Source: Vulcanimicrobiota bacterium (GTDB lineage: Bacteria; Vulcanimicrobiota; Xenobia; Xenobiales; JADMJV01). Taken from it: 64,000 nt of DNA. The notes under the pieces were generated by a model. That model searched no databases, was not told the origin of the DNA, and was given only the letters and a program-made list of their open reading frames with translations. This document shows positions 9,419-19,193 of this stretch, piece by piece. The stretch lies in NCBI GenBank assembly GCA_050250895.1, contig JBFWNU010000004.1, forward strand, positions 238,934-302,933, read 5' to 3'. The position numbers and the translations under genes are program-made. The first letter of the stretch is position 1. The number at the start of each line of letters is the position of its first letter.

Positions 9419-10213
9419 TTGGCAAGCGTCGAAGAGAACCACCATTTCTGGAACAACGTCTACGATTGGAGCCGCTACCAGGGCGACGAATGGTCAGCCC
9501 GTTGGGGCGGCCCCGACGCTCAGTGGTTTTTTTCCATTCTGCCCCGACTCCAACGCTTCTTGCCGGCGCCATCGGCGCTAGAGATCGGACCCGGCCAGGG
9601 CCGTTTCACAGCCTATCTCAAGGACTGCTGCCAACACCTCATCCTGGTCGATGTCAGCGAGAGATGTATCCAGGCCTGTCGCCAACGCTTTCGCGACGAA
9701 CACCTCGAGTTCAGGATCGGTGACGGCCGGTCTTTGCCCGGGGTCGAGCCAGAGAGCCTGGATCTCGTGTTCAGCTTCGAGTCGCTGGTCCACGCCGAGG
9801 AGGACGTGATGGAGGCCTACCTGCAAGCCATTGCCGAGGCTCTCAAGCCTGGTGGGGCTGCCTTCTTGCATCACTCGAACCTGGGCGAGCACCTCGACTA
9901 TTTCAGCCGCACCGACTGGCTCCCCAAAACCTGGCGACGCCCCCTCAAGCGAGCCGGGTTGCTCGACTTTGGCGAATGGCGAGCCCACTCCATGACCGCC
10001 GATCGCTTTCTCGAACTTTGCCCGGCCGGCTTGCATTGCAGCCACCAGGAACTCATCCCATGGGGCGGAAAACGCTTGATCGACTGTTTCTCGACGGTGG
10101 TCAAGGTCGAGAGCTCGAGTCCTCCGGCTCGCCTGGCGAACACCCGATTCATCGCCCGGGCCTTCGCCATCCAGCGGCTGGCCGAACTCTACTGCGCCGA
10201 TGTCCCGTGGTGA
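9419..10213 (+). CDS. Class I SAM-dependent methyltransferase
   Basis: ALEIGPGQGRF, VDVS, LKPGG. TTG start inferred just after the upstream stop. Confidence 0.85.
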   Translation: MASVEENHHFWNNVYDWSRYQGDEWSARWGGPDAQWFFSILPRLQRFLPAPSALEIGPGQGRFTAYLKDCCQHLILVDVSERCIQACRQRFRDEHLEFRIGDGRSLPGVEPESLDLVFSFESLVHAEEDVMEAYLQAIAEALKPGGAAFLHHSNLGEHLDYFSRTDWLPKTWRRPLKRAGLLDFGEWRAHSMTADRFLELCPAGLHCSHQELIPWGGKRLIDCFSTVVKVESSSPPARLANTRFIARAFAIQRLAELYCADVPW

Positions 10214-10216
10214 AGG

Positions 10217-10927
10217 TTATTTCACCGTAAAGCTCGCCGAGGCGACCTCTTTGCCATCGCTGTCGCTGTCGTTGAGCCGCACGTCGTAGTTCCCCGGCTC
10301 GGGAGGCGCCACCAACTCGGCCGTGCCGATGGTGCGACCGTCCAGATGGACATAACCGGCGTCGTTCTCGTCGTTGACCGACTCCTTGCCATGCTCGACC
10401 ACCGACGGCACCACGCCGATCCAGGCCGACCGATCAAAACCGGCGGGAGCCTCGAACCGAACGACGATCTTCTCGCCAGGCTTGAAGCTCTCGGCCGAGA
10501 GTTCGAGCTTGACCTGGCCGGGCGCTTCGCCCTTCACTTCAAAGCCGCGCGCGGCCACTTCTTTGCCGTCGTCGTCGCTATCGTTGAGGCGCATCTCGTA
10601 GCGGCCGGGTTGGAGTGGGGCCGCCATGTTCAGCCCGCTCAATTCTTCGAGCTTGCGAAAATCGAGGTCGTACTGATCGTTGGTGGCTTCGCTGCCGTGA
10701 GCGACCTCGGGCGGAACGATACCCACCCAGCCATCCGCGGACAGGTCAGCCCCGATGACGGTCACGTTGATCTGCTCACCCGGGCGATAGCTCTCTTTGT
10801 CCAACTGGACATCAGGCTGCAGCCCGGCGGCCACCGGGGCAGGGGTAGTGGTAGGCTCTACCGTGGAAGTCGAGGGCTGGTTGCAGCCCACCAGAAAAAG
10901 GACAAGACAAGCGAGCAAGATGCGCAT
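10217..10927 (-). CDS. Lipoprotein with two tandem Ig-like beta domains
   Basis: Lipobox LVGC. Internal duplication WVGIVP..HG.E..ND...PG.Y..RLNDSD.DGKEVA (x2). Confidence 0.8.
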   Translation of the reverse strand: MRILLACLVLFLVGCNQPSTSTVEPTTTPAPVAAGLQPDVQLDKESYRPGEQINVTVIGADLSADGWVGIVPPEVAHGSEATNDQYDLDFRKLEELSGLNMAAPLQPGRYEMRLNDSDDDGKEVAARGFEVKGEAPGQVKLELSAESFKPGEKIVVRFEAPAGFDRSAWIGVVPSVVEHGKESVNDENDAGYVHLDGRTIGTAELVAPPEPGNYDVRLNDSDSDGKEVASASFTVK

Positions 10928-10997
10928 AGCCGAAAATTCTCACTCTGCGGGGGCTTTCCTGGCCCGACGAGGCGCCATCGAGGTCATCCACGAATTT

Positions 10998-11672
10998 TCA
11001 AGGTAGGTCGGCGAAGCTCCAGATCATGCCCGATTGGGGCACGACTTCCCTTTCTCGCACGACCGCCTCGGGAGCCACGACGGTCGCTCCCTCGACGCGA
11101 TAGCCTTTGGCCTGCAGGCCGCGAGTGAACCGTTCCATCAAGTCCAACTGGCCAGCTTGGACCTCTTGATAGGCCCCGAAAGCTCTAGCCCGACTCTCGC
11201 CATCGTTGGTCAGTTGCACGCTGATATCGCCGTGCGGTTCGCGACCGTCGGGCTTGTCGGTGCCGCACACCAGGTCGAGATCCGAATTGGCCCCGAAGCG
11301 GCCCTTGATCAGGCTGCCCGTGATGAAGAATCGGCAGGGATAGGGTTGGTGGCGAGTGGCAAGTTCTTCGACCACATGGTCGGCCCTGGTCTGCAGCTCG
11401 GCTACTCGGTCGAGCACCTGAGCGTCGGTGTAAGGTTTCTCTAACTCACGAAAGACCTTGTGGGTCCAGCGCATATCGCCGGCGCTGAAGCCACCGCGCA
11501 TCGCAAACAGCGGCTCGGACGCATCGGCCACTCGTTCGACGAAGTCGTCCTTGAGCTGGTGCAGACAGGTGGCCACGTTCTCGCGCAGCAAGAGGTGGTC
11601 CTCGACCGGAATCTTGCTCGCTGCGAGCAGCCGCCCGGCGGCGTAGAGACAGCGATCAGCACGAACATCCAT
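10998..11672 (-). CDS. Nucleotidyltransferase-domain (Pol-beta superfamily) protein
   Basis: ITGSLIKGRFGANSDLDL motif. TAGAAT 6 nt before the ATG. Confidence 0.7.
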   Translation of the reverse strand: MDVRADRCLYAAGRLLAASKIPVEDHLLLRENVATCLHQLKDDFVERVADASEPLFAMRGGFSAGDMRWTHKVFRELEKPYTDAQVLDRVAELQTRADHVVEELATRHQPYPCRFFITGSLIKGRFGANSDLDLVCGTDKPDGREPHGDISVQLTNDGESRARAFGAYQEVQAGQLDLMERFTRGLQAKGYRVEGATVVAPEAVVREREVVPQSGMIWSFADLP

Positions 11673-11786
11673 ACGCTCATTCTACCCTTCAGCGCTGAAA
11701 GCTCGCTGAAATCAGGCTTTCAGCATAGTTTCAGCCGGGGGGTCTAGACTCGCTGCATAAAGATTAAGAGGAGCTAATAACAAGCC

Positions 11787-12491
11787 ATGCAAGTCAACAC
11801 CGGATTCCGCGCCTTCACCCCGGCCTCTCACACCGCCCGCATCGTCGACAAACAGCCCGCCCCCGAATCGGCCGGCCCCAGCGACGGCTACACCCAGGGC
11901 CTCTACTCGAAGGCTGAACTGGCCGCCGCCAACGCCCCGGCCGAAGCGGCCCGCCCCGAAGTGCTGTCCCTGATCGACACGGTCAAAAACCTTCCTATTT
12001 CTGGCATCAAACACACCACCCGCGGCCTGCCCCGGATGGATTTCTTCACGCCCGAATCGCCCAAGCCGTTTGCTGCCGGCCGCTTCCAGGTCGACTTCGA
12101 AAAGCCCGACGGCAGTAACATCGGCGTCATCTTCCAGACCGAGGCCGGCCCCGGCCACCTGGCTACTGTGGTGCCTGGCGAGACCCCGATTTCGGGTGGC
12201 TCCATCGCCTTTCTCAGCGACCCCAACAACTCGCACAGCGAGGGCGCGGTGCTCAATAAGACCGAAATCAAAGAGTTCATCGGCGGTCTCTATGGCCGGT
12301 TCACCCAGCCGATGACCCAGACCCAGGCCGATCGCGCCAATCACACCATCGCCTGCGCTTTCGCCATCTATCACAAAGAGGGCGGCCAAGGAGCGGCCGT
12401 GGCTGCCGAGCACGCTCAGCTGAGCGCGGCTGTCAAAGCTGCCCAGCCCGGCAACGCCGCCAGCGACGGTGGCTGGAACCTGCGCGGCTAG
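11787..12491 (+). CDS. Hypothetical protein
   Basis: RBS GAGGAG, strongly biased codon usage, low-complexity N-terminus. Confidence 0.8.
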   Translation: MQVNTGFRAFTPASHTARIVDKQPAPESAGPSDGYTQGLYSKAELAAANAPAEAARPEVLSLIDTVKNLPISGIKHTTRGLPRMDFFTPESPKPFAAGRFQVDFEKPDGSNIGVIFQTEAGPGHLATVVPGETPISGGSIAFLSDPNNSHSEGAVLNKTEIKEFIGGLYGRFTQPMTQTQADRANHTIACAFAIYHKEGGQGAAVAAEHAQLSAAVKAAQPGNAASDGGWNLRG

Positions 12492-12542
12492 AAGTCGCTA
12501 GCAAATCGTCAGAGCCGAGGAGACATCCTCGGCTCTTTGCTT

Positions 12543-14291
12543 TTACTCGCTCGGTAGCCAGAAGAAGAAGGTGGTTCCTTTTCCCGGTTCGGACTCGAAC
12601 CAGACGCGCCCGCCGTGGCGCTCGACCACTCGCTTGACGATGGCCAAACCCAGCCCTGAGCCTGGTCGGGGGTTGTCAGCCCAAAGCCTCTGAAAGGGGT
12701 TGAATACCTTCTCTTGGTACTGAGGCTCGATTCCGATCCCGTTGTCGACGACCTCAAATCGCCAGCCTCCCTGGTCGGGCTCAGCGCCCACCCGAATCCT
12801 CGGCTCCTGGTCGCAATACTTGTGGGCGTTGGTCAAGAGATTGGCAAAGACCCGGCGCAACTGCGACTCGTCACCCAACACCAGGGGCAACTCCGCTACC
12901 TCGACCTGGCCGTGCAGTTCCAACTCTTGGACCAGTTCGGCCACCAGGTCCTGGGTAGCCACCCGGGAGACCTCGTGGGGCGAGACAGCACTGGAAGTGA
13001 AGATGGTCAGGTCCTCGGTCAATCGCTTCATCCGCACGGCGCTTTGCCGTATTCGCTCTAGCCGCTCCTGGGCGGCCGGCTCCAAATTGTCACCGTGGCG
13101 TCTCTGAATCCATTCCGCGTTGATGACGATCGAGCGGACCGGCGTCTGCAAGTCGTGCGAGGCGGCGGCTGCAAAAAGGCGTAAGTCCTGATTCGAACGA
13201 CTCAGCTCGCGGGCTCGCTCGGCCACTTCGCCGGCCATCTCCTGAAAGGTGCGAGCCAGGTTGCTCAACTCTTGAGGAGCGGAGCCGAGGACGAAGTCGG
13301 GTCGTGCCCCTTTACCAAACTCTTCGGCTTGACGCGCCAGGGTGGAAATTGGTCTGGTGATGGAGCGAGCCAGCCAGATTCCGAACAAGAGCGAAGCCGT
13401 GGCCGCCGCGATGGCAACCAGCAGACTGACCCGACGCACCGCCTTGAGCGGGGCGGCAAATTCTTGGGCAGGTTGCCAGGCGATGACCGTCAGCCTATGC
13501 CCGGAACCCAGGGCGAGCGACTCAGTGGCCATGGCGTAACTCGAGGCCCGATAGGCCCGGCCGGTGCGGCCCAGCAATCCAGTCCAATCGGGGAACTCGC
13601 TCGCGAATCGATGAGAGGATTCCAGGTCGCGGCCGAACTCGTGGGTGGGGTCCGGGTGCGACAGAAACGCACCAGCCTCGTCCACCACCATCAGGTTTTG
13701 CCGGCGCATTTGCTCGAGCACTGGTCGCATATCGAGATTGAGCACCAGTAGGAGCGGTTCTTTGCCCGTGGCCACGGGCGTAGAGAAGCGAGCGACCGGA
13801 ACATAAGGGACTTCGATCTTGCCCTGCTCCTTGTTGAGTTCAACTCCGGTCACCGCCACCTCGCCCGCGGCCAACTTGCGGGCCTCCTGGAAATAGGGTC
13901 GTGAGCTTTTGTCCTGTAGTCGAGAGTGAGGCACTCGCAGGATCTCGCCGGCCTTTCGTTCGAGTCGAAGCTGTTCTTGCCCGGCCAGGTCCAACAGCCG
14001 CAACTGAAGATGGTTGGGCCGGCCGGCCAGAATCGAGCCAAACAGGTCGGCGCACAATTCCTGGTTCTGGCCGACCACCTGCGAACCGGCCAGAGCCAGA
14101 ACCTCTTGCCTGGCGCCCTGGGTGTAACTGGCCAGTTCCAGCGAGCCTTCGTGGGCTCGATTGGCCAGATTGTTCAAGCGAGAAGGCAACAGCAATTGCT
14201 CGAGGTTGCGGTGGGTCAACACCCCTACCAGGGCGGCAGTCAGCACGACCAGAGCCAGCATGATCGCAGTCAGATGGCTGAAAAGACGCAT
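12543..14291 (-). CDS. Sensor histidine kinase (TM-Cache-TM-HAMP-HisKA-HATPase)
   Basis: ASHDLQTP H-box, NLLTNAHKY, DNGIGI, GSGLGL. Start at MRLFSHL. Confidence 0.92.
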   Translation of the reverse strand: MRLFSHLTAIMLALVVLTAALVGVLTHRNLEQLLLPSRLNNLANRAHEGSLELASYTQGARQEVLALAGSQVVGQNQELCADLFGSILAGRPNHLQLRLLDLAGQEQLRLERKAGEILRVPHSRLQDKSSRPYFQEARKLAAGEVAVTGVELNKEQGKIEVPYVPVARFSTPVATGKEPLLLVLNLDMRPVLEQMRRQNLMVVDEAGAFLSHPDPTHEFGRDLESSHRFASEFPDWTGLLGRTGRAYRASSYAMATESLALGSGHRLTVIAWQPAQEFAAPLKAVRRVSLLVAIAAATASLLFGIWLARSITRPISTLARQAEEFGKGARPDFVLGSAPQELSNLARTFQEMAGEVAERARELSRSNQDLRLFAAAASHDLQTPVRSIVINAEWIQRRHGDNLEPAAQERLERIRQSAVRMKRLTEDLTIFTSSAVSPHEVSRVATQDLVAELVQELELHGQVEVAELPLVLGDESQLRRVFANLLTNAHKYCDQEPRIRVGAEPDQGGWRFEVVDNGIGIEPQYQEKVFNPFQRLWADNPRPGSGLGLAIVKRVVERHGGRVWFESEPGKGTTFFFWLPSE

Positions 14292-14364
14292 CGCTTTCAG
14301 GATTAGCCACTCTCGGTGCCATCCCTTGACGGAGGATCCCCGGGCTCCGCCGAAGGGGGTCTGC

Positions 14365-14913
14365 ATGAGACTCACAGCCATTGTGCTCTTGCTTTTGTTG
14401 GCCCCGGTATGGGCTCGACCCGACCGACCTGAACGCAACCACGAGCGCCCCAGCGAGCCCAACAACCATGTCTCACCCACTCAACAGGGCAATCTGCAGA
14501 AGCTGCAGAGTGACCTGCTCAAACTCAAGGGCGAGTCGCAAGTCACGCCAGCCCAAAAAGAAAAGCTGGCCAACGACCTCTACGCCCTGGCCGACGGGGC
14601 CCACAAGCCCGACCGGGCGACGGTGGACAAGTTGGCCGCCGACCTGAGTTCGGCCGTGGCCGACTCGTCCATCAGCCAGGCCGAGATGGCCAGGCTCATG
14701 CGCGACATCGAAGCTGTGCTTGACAGCGCCGGAATCCCGCCCGCCGAGGTTTCGGCCGTCATCCACGACGCCCAGCAGATTCTGCTCTCATCGAACGTCG
14801 ACCGAGCCGATGTCCAGGTGATCGTGGCCGACCTGGAAGCCATTGCCCGCGAGGTCCAAAAAAACGTGACCGAGGCCCAGCCCGACACCGCGCCCCAGCG
14901 CCGCCGCCGGTGA
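14365..14913 (+). CDS. Secreted helical hypothetical protein
   Basis: Signal peptide MRLTAIVLLLLLAPVWA. Stop overlaps the next gene (GTGA). Confidence 0.75.
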   Translation: MRLTAIVLLLLLAPVWARPDRPERNHERPSEPNNHVSPTQQGNLQKLQSDLLKLKGESQVTPAQKEKLANDLYALADGAHKPDRATVDKLAADLSSAVADSSISQAEMARLMRDIEAVLDSAGIPPAEVSAVIHDAQQILLSSNVDRADVQVIVADLEAIAREVQKNVTEAQPDTAPQRRRR

Positions 14914-16145
14914 GCGAACTCGACGACTTTCTCGAATGGGCCCGGGGCGGCCCGGCCGAGTCGAGTGGCGCCTTCACCATCGATGCCGAAGGCGCCCTGG
15001 CCAAGCTCTCGGGCCATCAACTGGCCGAGCGAGGCATGTGGCTGGTCAAGATGGTCCAGGCGGCCGTGGCCGGCGGAGCCCCCTCGATCCAGATAGACCT
15101 GAGCAGCCACGACATCGAGGTGCGCTTTTTGGCCAGCGATCGCCTCAAGGCCGATCACATTCTCGACATGATGACCACCGGCCAGCTTCCCTCCTCGCGC
15201 TGGCAGCGCCATTTGTTGGTAGCCTTGCGGGCAGCCTATGGTCAAAATCCCAACCTGATGGCCTGGAGCGCCCCGGGCGGCGGCTCGATCCGGCTGGCCG
15301 GCAAACAGTTCGAGCGAGGCGATCAGAGTGACCCCAACCTCTATTCCTTTCTGGTGCGCGCGCCGCTCCGCTGGCTACGGGGGGCCGACGAATACGAGCT
15401 TCTGTGTCGACGCTGCTGGCTGTGCCCCGTGCCCTTGCTGGTCAACGGCCAGAGGACCAACACCACCTTTCCCCCTCATCTTCCCATCAAAGGAGACAAT
15501 ATCTACCTGGCTACGGCCGCCCTGGTCTCGGGAGGGGACTCCTTCGAGGCGGATCTCAGTCCGCCCCAGGGCGAACGCGTGGCCCCCCAGCTCTTCGTGC
15601 ACAAGACACCCGGCCTCAGAGAGTGCTTTCTTTTTCGCGGCCCCGAGCAACCCGGCCGGCAATCGGTGCGCGGCCTGGCTACGCTCGGCACCGATCTGGG
15701 CGCCAAAGCCGAACTGGTCTATGTGCAAGATGGCGCTCTGCTCGACCCGATTCCCCTCCCCCTCCGACTTTCTCGGCTCAACCTTCGCGTGTACCTGTCC
15801 GGCAACCAGCACAAGACCGACCTCTCTGAAATGAAGCTGCTGGATGTCTCGCTGCCTACGGTATGGGCCGAGTTGCGCCCCCAACTGCTGCAACTCGCTC
15901 GCCAAACCCTGGAATATCTTCCCGCCCTGCGCATCCAATACCGTCCGACCCGCTCCTGGCTTCCCTGGTTGCTGGCTTTTGGCTTGATAGCCGGCAACGC
16001 CTGGGAGCTCATGGGAGCCGTCACGCCCCTGGCCGCGGCCGGCCTCGGAGTGCTCTCCTCGAAAGGGTTGCGCTATACCGAGCCCGACCACCGGCTGGGC
16101 GAGCGCCTCCAGCACCTGATCGACCAGCTCGAGAGACCAGAGTAG
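14910..16145 (+). CDS. Hypothetical protein, degenerate GHKL-ATPase-like N-terminus, C-terminal TM hairpin
   Basis: SSGAFTIDAEGALAKL..WLVKMVQAAVAGGA N-terminus; hydrophobic segments near the C-terminus. Confidence 0.65.
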   Translation: MSELDDFLEWARGGPAESSGAFTIDAEGALAKLSGHQLAERGMWLVKMVQAAVAGGAPSIQIDLSSHDIEVRFLASDRLKADHILDMMTTGQLPSSRWQRHLLVALRAAYGQNPNLMAWSAPGGGSIRLAGKQFERGDQSDPNLYSFLVRAPLRWLRGADEYELLCRRCWLCPVPLLVNGQRTNTTFPPHLPIKGDNIYLATAALVSGGDSFEADLSPPQGERVAPQLFVHKTPGLRECFLFRGPEQPGRQSVRGLATLGTDLGAKAELVYVQDGALLDPIPLPLRLSRLNLRVYLSGNQHKTDLSEMKLLDVSLPTVWAELRPQLLQLARQTLEYLPALRIQYRPTRSWLPWLLAFGLIAGNAWELMGAVTPLAAAGLGVLSSKGLRYTEPDHRLGERLQHLIDQLERPE

Positions 16146-16181
16146 AGGTTGGGCCCCGGTCGAGGCAGAATGGGCGGCCCC

Positions 16182-17786
16182 ATGAAGAAGACAATCCTGC
16201 TGTTGGTGGCCCTGGCCCTGTGGACCCCGACCCTGGCCGAAACCTTACCCAAAGACCAGTTCAAGAAATACACCACGGTCAAACTGACCAGCGACCTTTC
16301 CCACTTAAGTCCCAATCAGAAGAAGATGGTGGGCGAGCTGCTGGCCGCGGCCCAGATCATGGACCACCTCTTCTGGCAGCAGGCCTATGGCGACAAAGCC
16401 TATCTACTCGAGTCGATCACCGACCCCGAGCTGCGCCGCTACGCCGCCATCAACTACGGCCCCTGGGACCGCCTCAACGGCGACGCCCCCTTCTTGCCCG
16501 GCTATGGCCCCAAACCGCTGGGAGCTCGCTTCTATCCCATCGACATGACCAAAGCAGAGTTCGAGGCCGCCAATTTCGCCGGCCAGAAGAGCCTCTATTC
16601 GGTGGTGCGCCGCGATTCCAACGGTAAGCTGGTCTCGATCCCCTATAGTCAAATGTATCAGCCGGAGCTGCAAAAGGCGTCTGCCCACCTGCGCGCCGCC
16701 GCCGCCCTGGCCGAGGACCCGGGCTTCAAGCATTACCTCGAGCTGCGCGCCAAAGCCCTGCTCGACGACAACTATCAACCCAGCGACATGGCCTGGATGG
16801 ATATGAAGAACAACCAGGTCGACCTGGTGGTCGGCCCCATCGAGAGCTACGAAGACAAGCTCTTTGGGTATCGCACCTCGTTCGAGGCCTATCTGCTCAT
16901 CAAAGACCTCGAATGGAGCCAGAAGCTGGCGCGCTTCGCCTCGTTCCTGCCTCGCCTGCAAGAGGGTCTGCCGGTGCCCGCCAAATACAAAGCTGAAAAG
17001 CCAGGCAGCAACTCGGATCTCGGCGCCTATGACGTGGTCTATTACGCCGGCGACTGCAACGCCGGCAGCAAGACCATCGCCATCAACCTGCCCAACGATG
17101 AAGAGGTCCAGCTCAAGAAGGGCAGCCGCCGGCTGCAGCTCAAGAACGCCATGCGAGCCAAGTTCGACGCCATCATGATGCCCATCGGCGAGGTGCTCAT
17201 CGATCCGGCCCAGCGCCACCACGTCAAGTTCGACGCCTTCTTCGCCAACACCATGTTCCACGAAGTGGCCCACGGTCTGGGCATCAAGAACACCCTCGAC
17301 GGCAAAGGCACCGTCGACGACGCCCTCAAAGAATTCTCGGGCACCCTCGAAGAGGGCAAGGCCGACCTGCTGGGCCTCTACATGATCGCCGAACTGCAAA
17401 AGGCGGGCGAACTGCCCGAAGCCGATGTGCGCGACAACTACGTCACTTTCATGGCCGGCATCTTCCGCTCGGTGCGCTTCGGCGCTTCGAGCGCCCACGG
17501 CAAGGCCAACATGGTGCGCTTCAACTACTTCGAGAAGATGGGAGCCTTCCAGCGCGATCCCAAGACCGGCACCTATCACGTCGATTTCGACAAGATGAAG
17601 CTGGCCACCGACAGACTGTCGGAAGAAATCCTGACCCTGCAGGGCGACGGCAACTATGAGGGAGCGCGCAAGATGGTCACCGAACTTGGCACCATCAGCC
17701 CGCAGCTGCAGAAAGACCTGGATAGGCTACAGGCCATCCCGGTCGACATCATTTTCGAGCAGGGCGCGGAGGCATTAGGACTGTAA
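16182..17786 (+). CDS. Zn-dependent dipeptidyl-peptidase III (M49) family, secreted
   Basis: Signal peptide; AINLPND, FHEVAHGLG, LEEGKAD. Confidence 0.88.
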   Translation: MKKTILLLVALALWTPTLAETLPKDQFKKYTTVKLTSDLSHLSPNQKKMVGELLAAAQIMDHLFWQQAYGDKAYLLESITDPELRRYAAINYGPWDRLNGDAPFLPGYGPKPLGARFYPIDMTKAEFEAANFAGQKSLYSVVRRDSNGKLVSIPYSQMYQPELQKASAHLRAAAALAEDPGFKHYLELRAKALLDDNYQPSDMAWMDMKNNQVDLVVGPIESYEDKLFGYRTSFEAYLLIKDLEWSQKLARFASFLPRLQEGLPVPAKYKAEKPGSNSDLGAYDVVYYAGDCNAGSKTIAINLPNDEEVQLKKGSRRLQLKNAMRAKFDAIMMPIGEVLIDPAQRHHVKFDAFFANTMFHEVAHGLGIKNTLDGKGTVDDALKEFSGTLEEGKADLLGLYMIAELQKAGELPEADVRDNYVTFMAGIFRSVRFGASSAHGKANMVRFNYFEKMGAFQRDPKTGTYHVDFDKMKLATDRLSEEILTLQGDGNYEGARKMVTELGTISPQLQKDLDRLQAIPVDIIFEQGAEALGL

Positions 17787-18160
17787 TGGAACTAGCACCT
17801 GCAGAAATCGACATCGTCGGTCTCGACGAGGCCGTGCTGATGCGCGGCTACCTCTACCTGGTGGTCCCGGGACCCGACGCTCTCACCGAACTCGAGACCG
17901 ATGACGACGAAGAGCCCTGGCCGGTCAGCTTCGACCCTGAATGCTGTCCGCCCAGCTCAGGCGACTGCGTGGCCGAACTCGAGAAGGGCTATCTGGTCAT
18001 CAGCGAGGTCGAGACAGCCGAGGAACTCACCCGACTCGACGGCTGGGAAGTCGCCCCCGCCAACCTCGAAGAAAACTACGAACTCCAAGCCCCACCCCTC
18101 TACGTCCGCATCCTACGCCGCCGCAAAGACGGCCAGGTCCTGGTCGTAGCCTGCGGCTGA
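17786..18160 (+). CDS. Acidic hypothetical protein
   Basis: TAATG overlap with the upstream stop; coding-like codon usage. Confidence 0.65.
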   Translation: MELAPAEIDIVGLDEAVLMRGYLYLVVPGPDALTELETDDDEEPWPVSFDPECCPPSSGDCVAELEKGYLVISEVETAEELTRLDGWEVAPANLEENYELQAPPLYVRILRRRKDGQVLVVACG

Positions 18161-18162
18161 CG

Positions 18163-18465
18163 GCGCAGCGGCTCGCGGCTACGCCGCGCCAGGCTTACGA
18201 CGCGAAGCGTCGACGACATCAAAACTCGAGTCGAGCGACAGCTCGACTCGCTCCCCTCTCGGAGCTTCGCTCCGCTCCCACCCCCGCGCAGCGGCTCGCG
18301 GCTACGCCGCGCCAGACTTACGACGCGAAGCGTCGACGACATCAAAACTCGAGTCGAGCGACAGCTCGACTCGCTCCTCCCTCGGAGCTTCGCTCCGCTC
18401 CCACCCCCGCGCAGCGGCTCCCCTCTCGACGGCGCAGCCGTCGCTCCTTGTCGGCCGAAGGCCGA
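18163..18465. repeat. 123-bp multi-hairpin tandem repeat (2 copies plus a partial)
   Basis: Units at 18163, 18286 and 18409. Hairpins CGACGCGAAGCGTCG, GAGTCGAGCGACAGCTCGACTC, GGAGCTTCGCTCC. Lies between convergent genes. Confidence 0.9.
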
Positions 18466-18864
18466 CTACAGCTGGGTGTCTGTCTTGCCGAAAAACTTGG
18501 GCAGCGTGTCGCCCACGTCGAGCCATGGAACGGCTTCTTCAAAGCTGACATGACAATCGGGTTGCTGGTCGAGCGCGTCGAGATTGGCTACGACCGCATA
18601 GACCTTCTCGGCACTCTGGGCCGAGCGGTAGAAGAGCGAGGTACCGCAACGAGGACAGAACTCCCAGGCGATGCCCGGCGAGGACTCATAACTACGGGGC
18701 TGTCCCGAGAGCAGTTCGAACCGCTCCCGGGGCACGGCTGTCCAGGTTACCAGTGGCGCCCCGTGGGAACGGCGACAAGACTGGCAGTGGCAGTGCGAAA
18801 CAAATTCGGTCGGGGGGGTTAGACGAAAGCGGATGTCCCCGCAAAAACAACTTCCAGTGAGCAT
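18466..18864 (-). CDS. GFA (glutathione-dependent formaldehyde-activating enzyme / CENP-V) family protein
   Basis: GSCFCG...CHCQSCRR...FCPRCGT. Confidence 0.92.
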   Translation of the reverse strand: MLTGSCFCGDIRFRLTPPTEFVSHCHCQSCRRSHGAPLVTWTAVPRERFELLSGQPRSYESSPGIAWEFCPRCGTSLFYRSAQSAEKVYAVVANLDALDQQPDCHVSFEEAVPWLDVGDTLPKFFGKTDTQL

Positions 18865-18906
18865 GGAGATAACTTCCACAAAACGCGGGTTCCCCCCCGT
18901 GCAACT

Positions 18907-18946
18907 GGTAACATAAGGGTAACAATCCGAACCGAGCGCCCGATAT
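18907..18946 (+). promoter_or_regulatory. 11-bp-period GGTAACA direct repeat overlapping a sigma28-like promoter
   Basis: GGTAACA at 18907 and 18918. TAAC-N15-CCCGATAT at 18920-18946 versus the FliA consensus TAAA-N15-GCCGATAA. Confidence 0.4.
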
Positions 18947-18971
18947 ACAACAGTGCCGGAGGTAGCGCGTA

Positions 18972-19043
18972 ATGACTCTGCAACAGCTTCGACTCGAGTT
19001 GGACCGAGTCCGAGCCCGCTACCAGGAGATCTTTCCCTGGTAG
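18972..19043 (+). CDS. Small ORF, 23 aa (MTLQQLRLELDRVRARYQEIFPW)
   Basis: GGAGGT RBS at 18958-18963, 8 nt before the ATG; followed by a terminator-like hairpin. Confidence 0.55.
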   Translation: MTLQQLRLELDRVRARYQEIFPW

Positions 19044-19075
19044 CCCTGGCTAAATGACACTCACGTTAGGTCCAC

Positions 19076-19117
19076 GAGCCGCGGCGCCCCAGTTCTGGAG
19101 GCCCGCGGCTTTGCTTT
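19076..19117 (+). terminator. Probable intrinsic terminator
   Basis: AGCCGCGG...CCGCGGCT stem followed by TTGCTTT. Confidence 0.6.
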
Positions 19118-19193
19118 ATCCAGGTAACATTCTTTTAACATTGTTATCTAAATGTCCAAGATCGGGCCAAGCCCGGTGGGGTATGCTCGAAGT

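Noticed and set aside
16182-17786. HExxH instead of HExxGH in an M49 peptidase as a novelty
   Set aside because: The pentapeptide motif is already known in plant-type and some bacterial DPP III enzymes.
18972-19043. prfB-like programmed frameshift (AGGAG-ATC-TTT-CCC)
   Set aside because: No CTT-TGA site and no long downstream ORF in another frame; a terminator follows.
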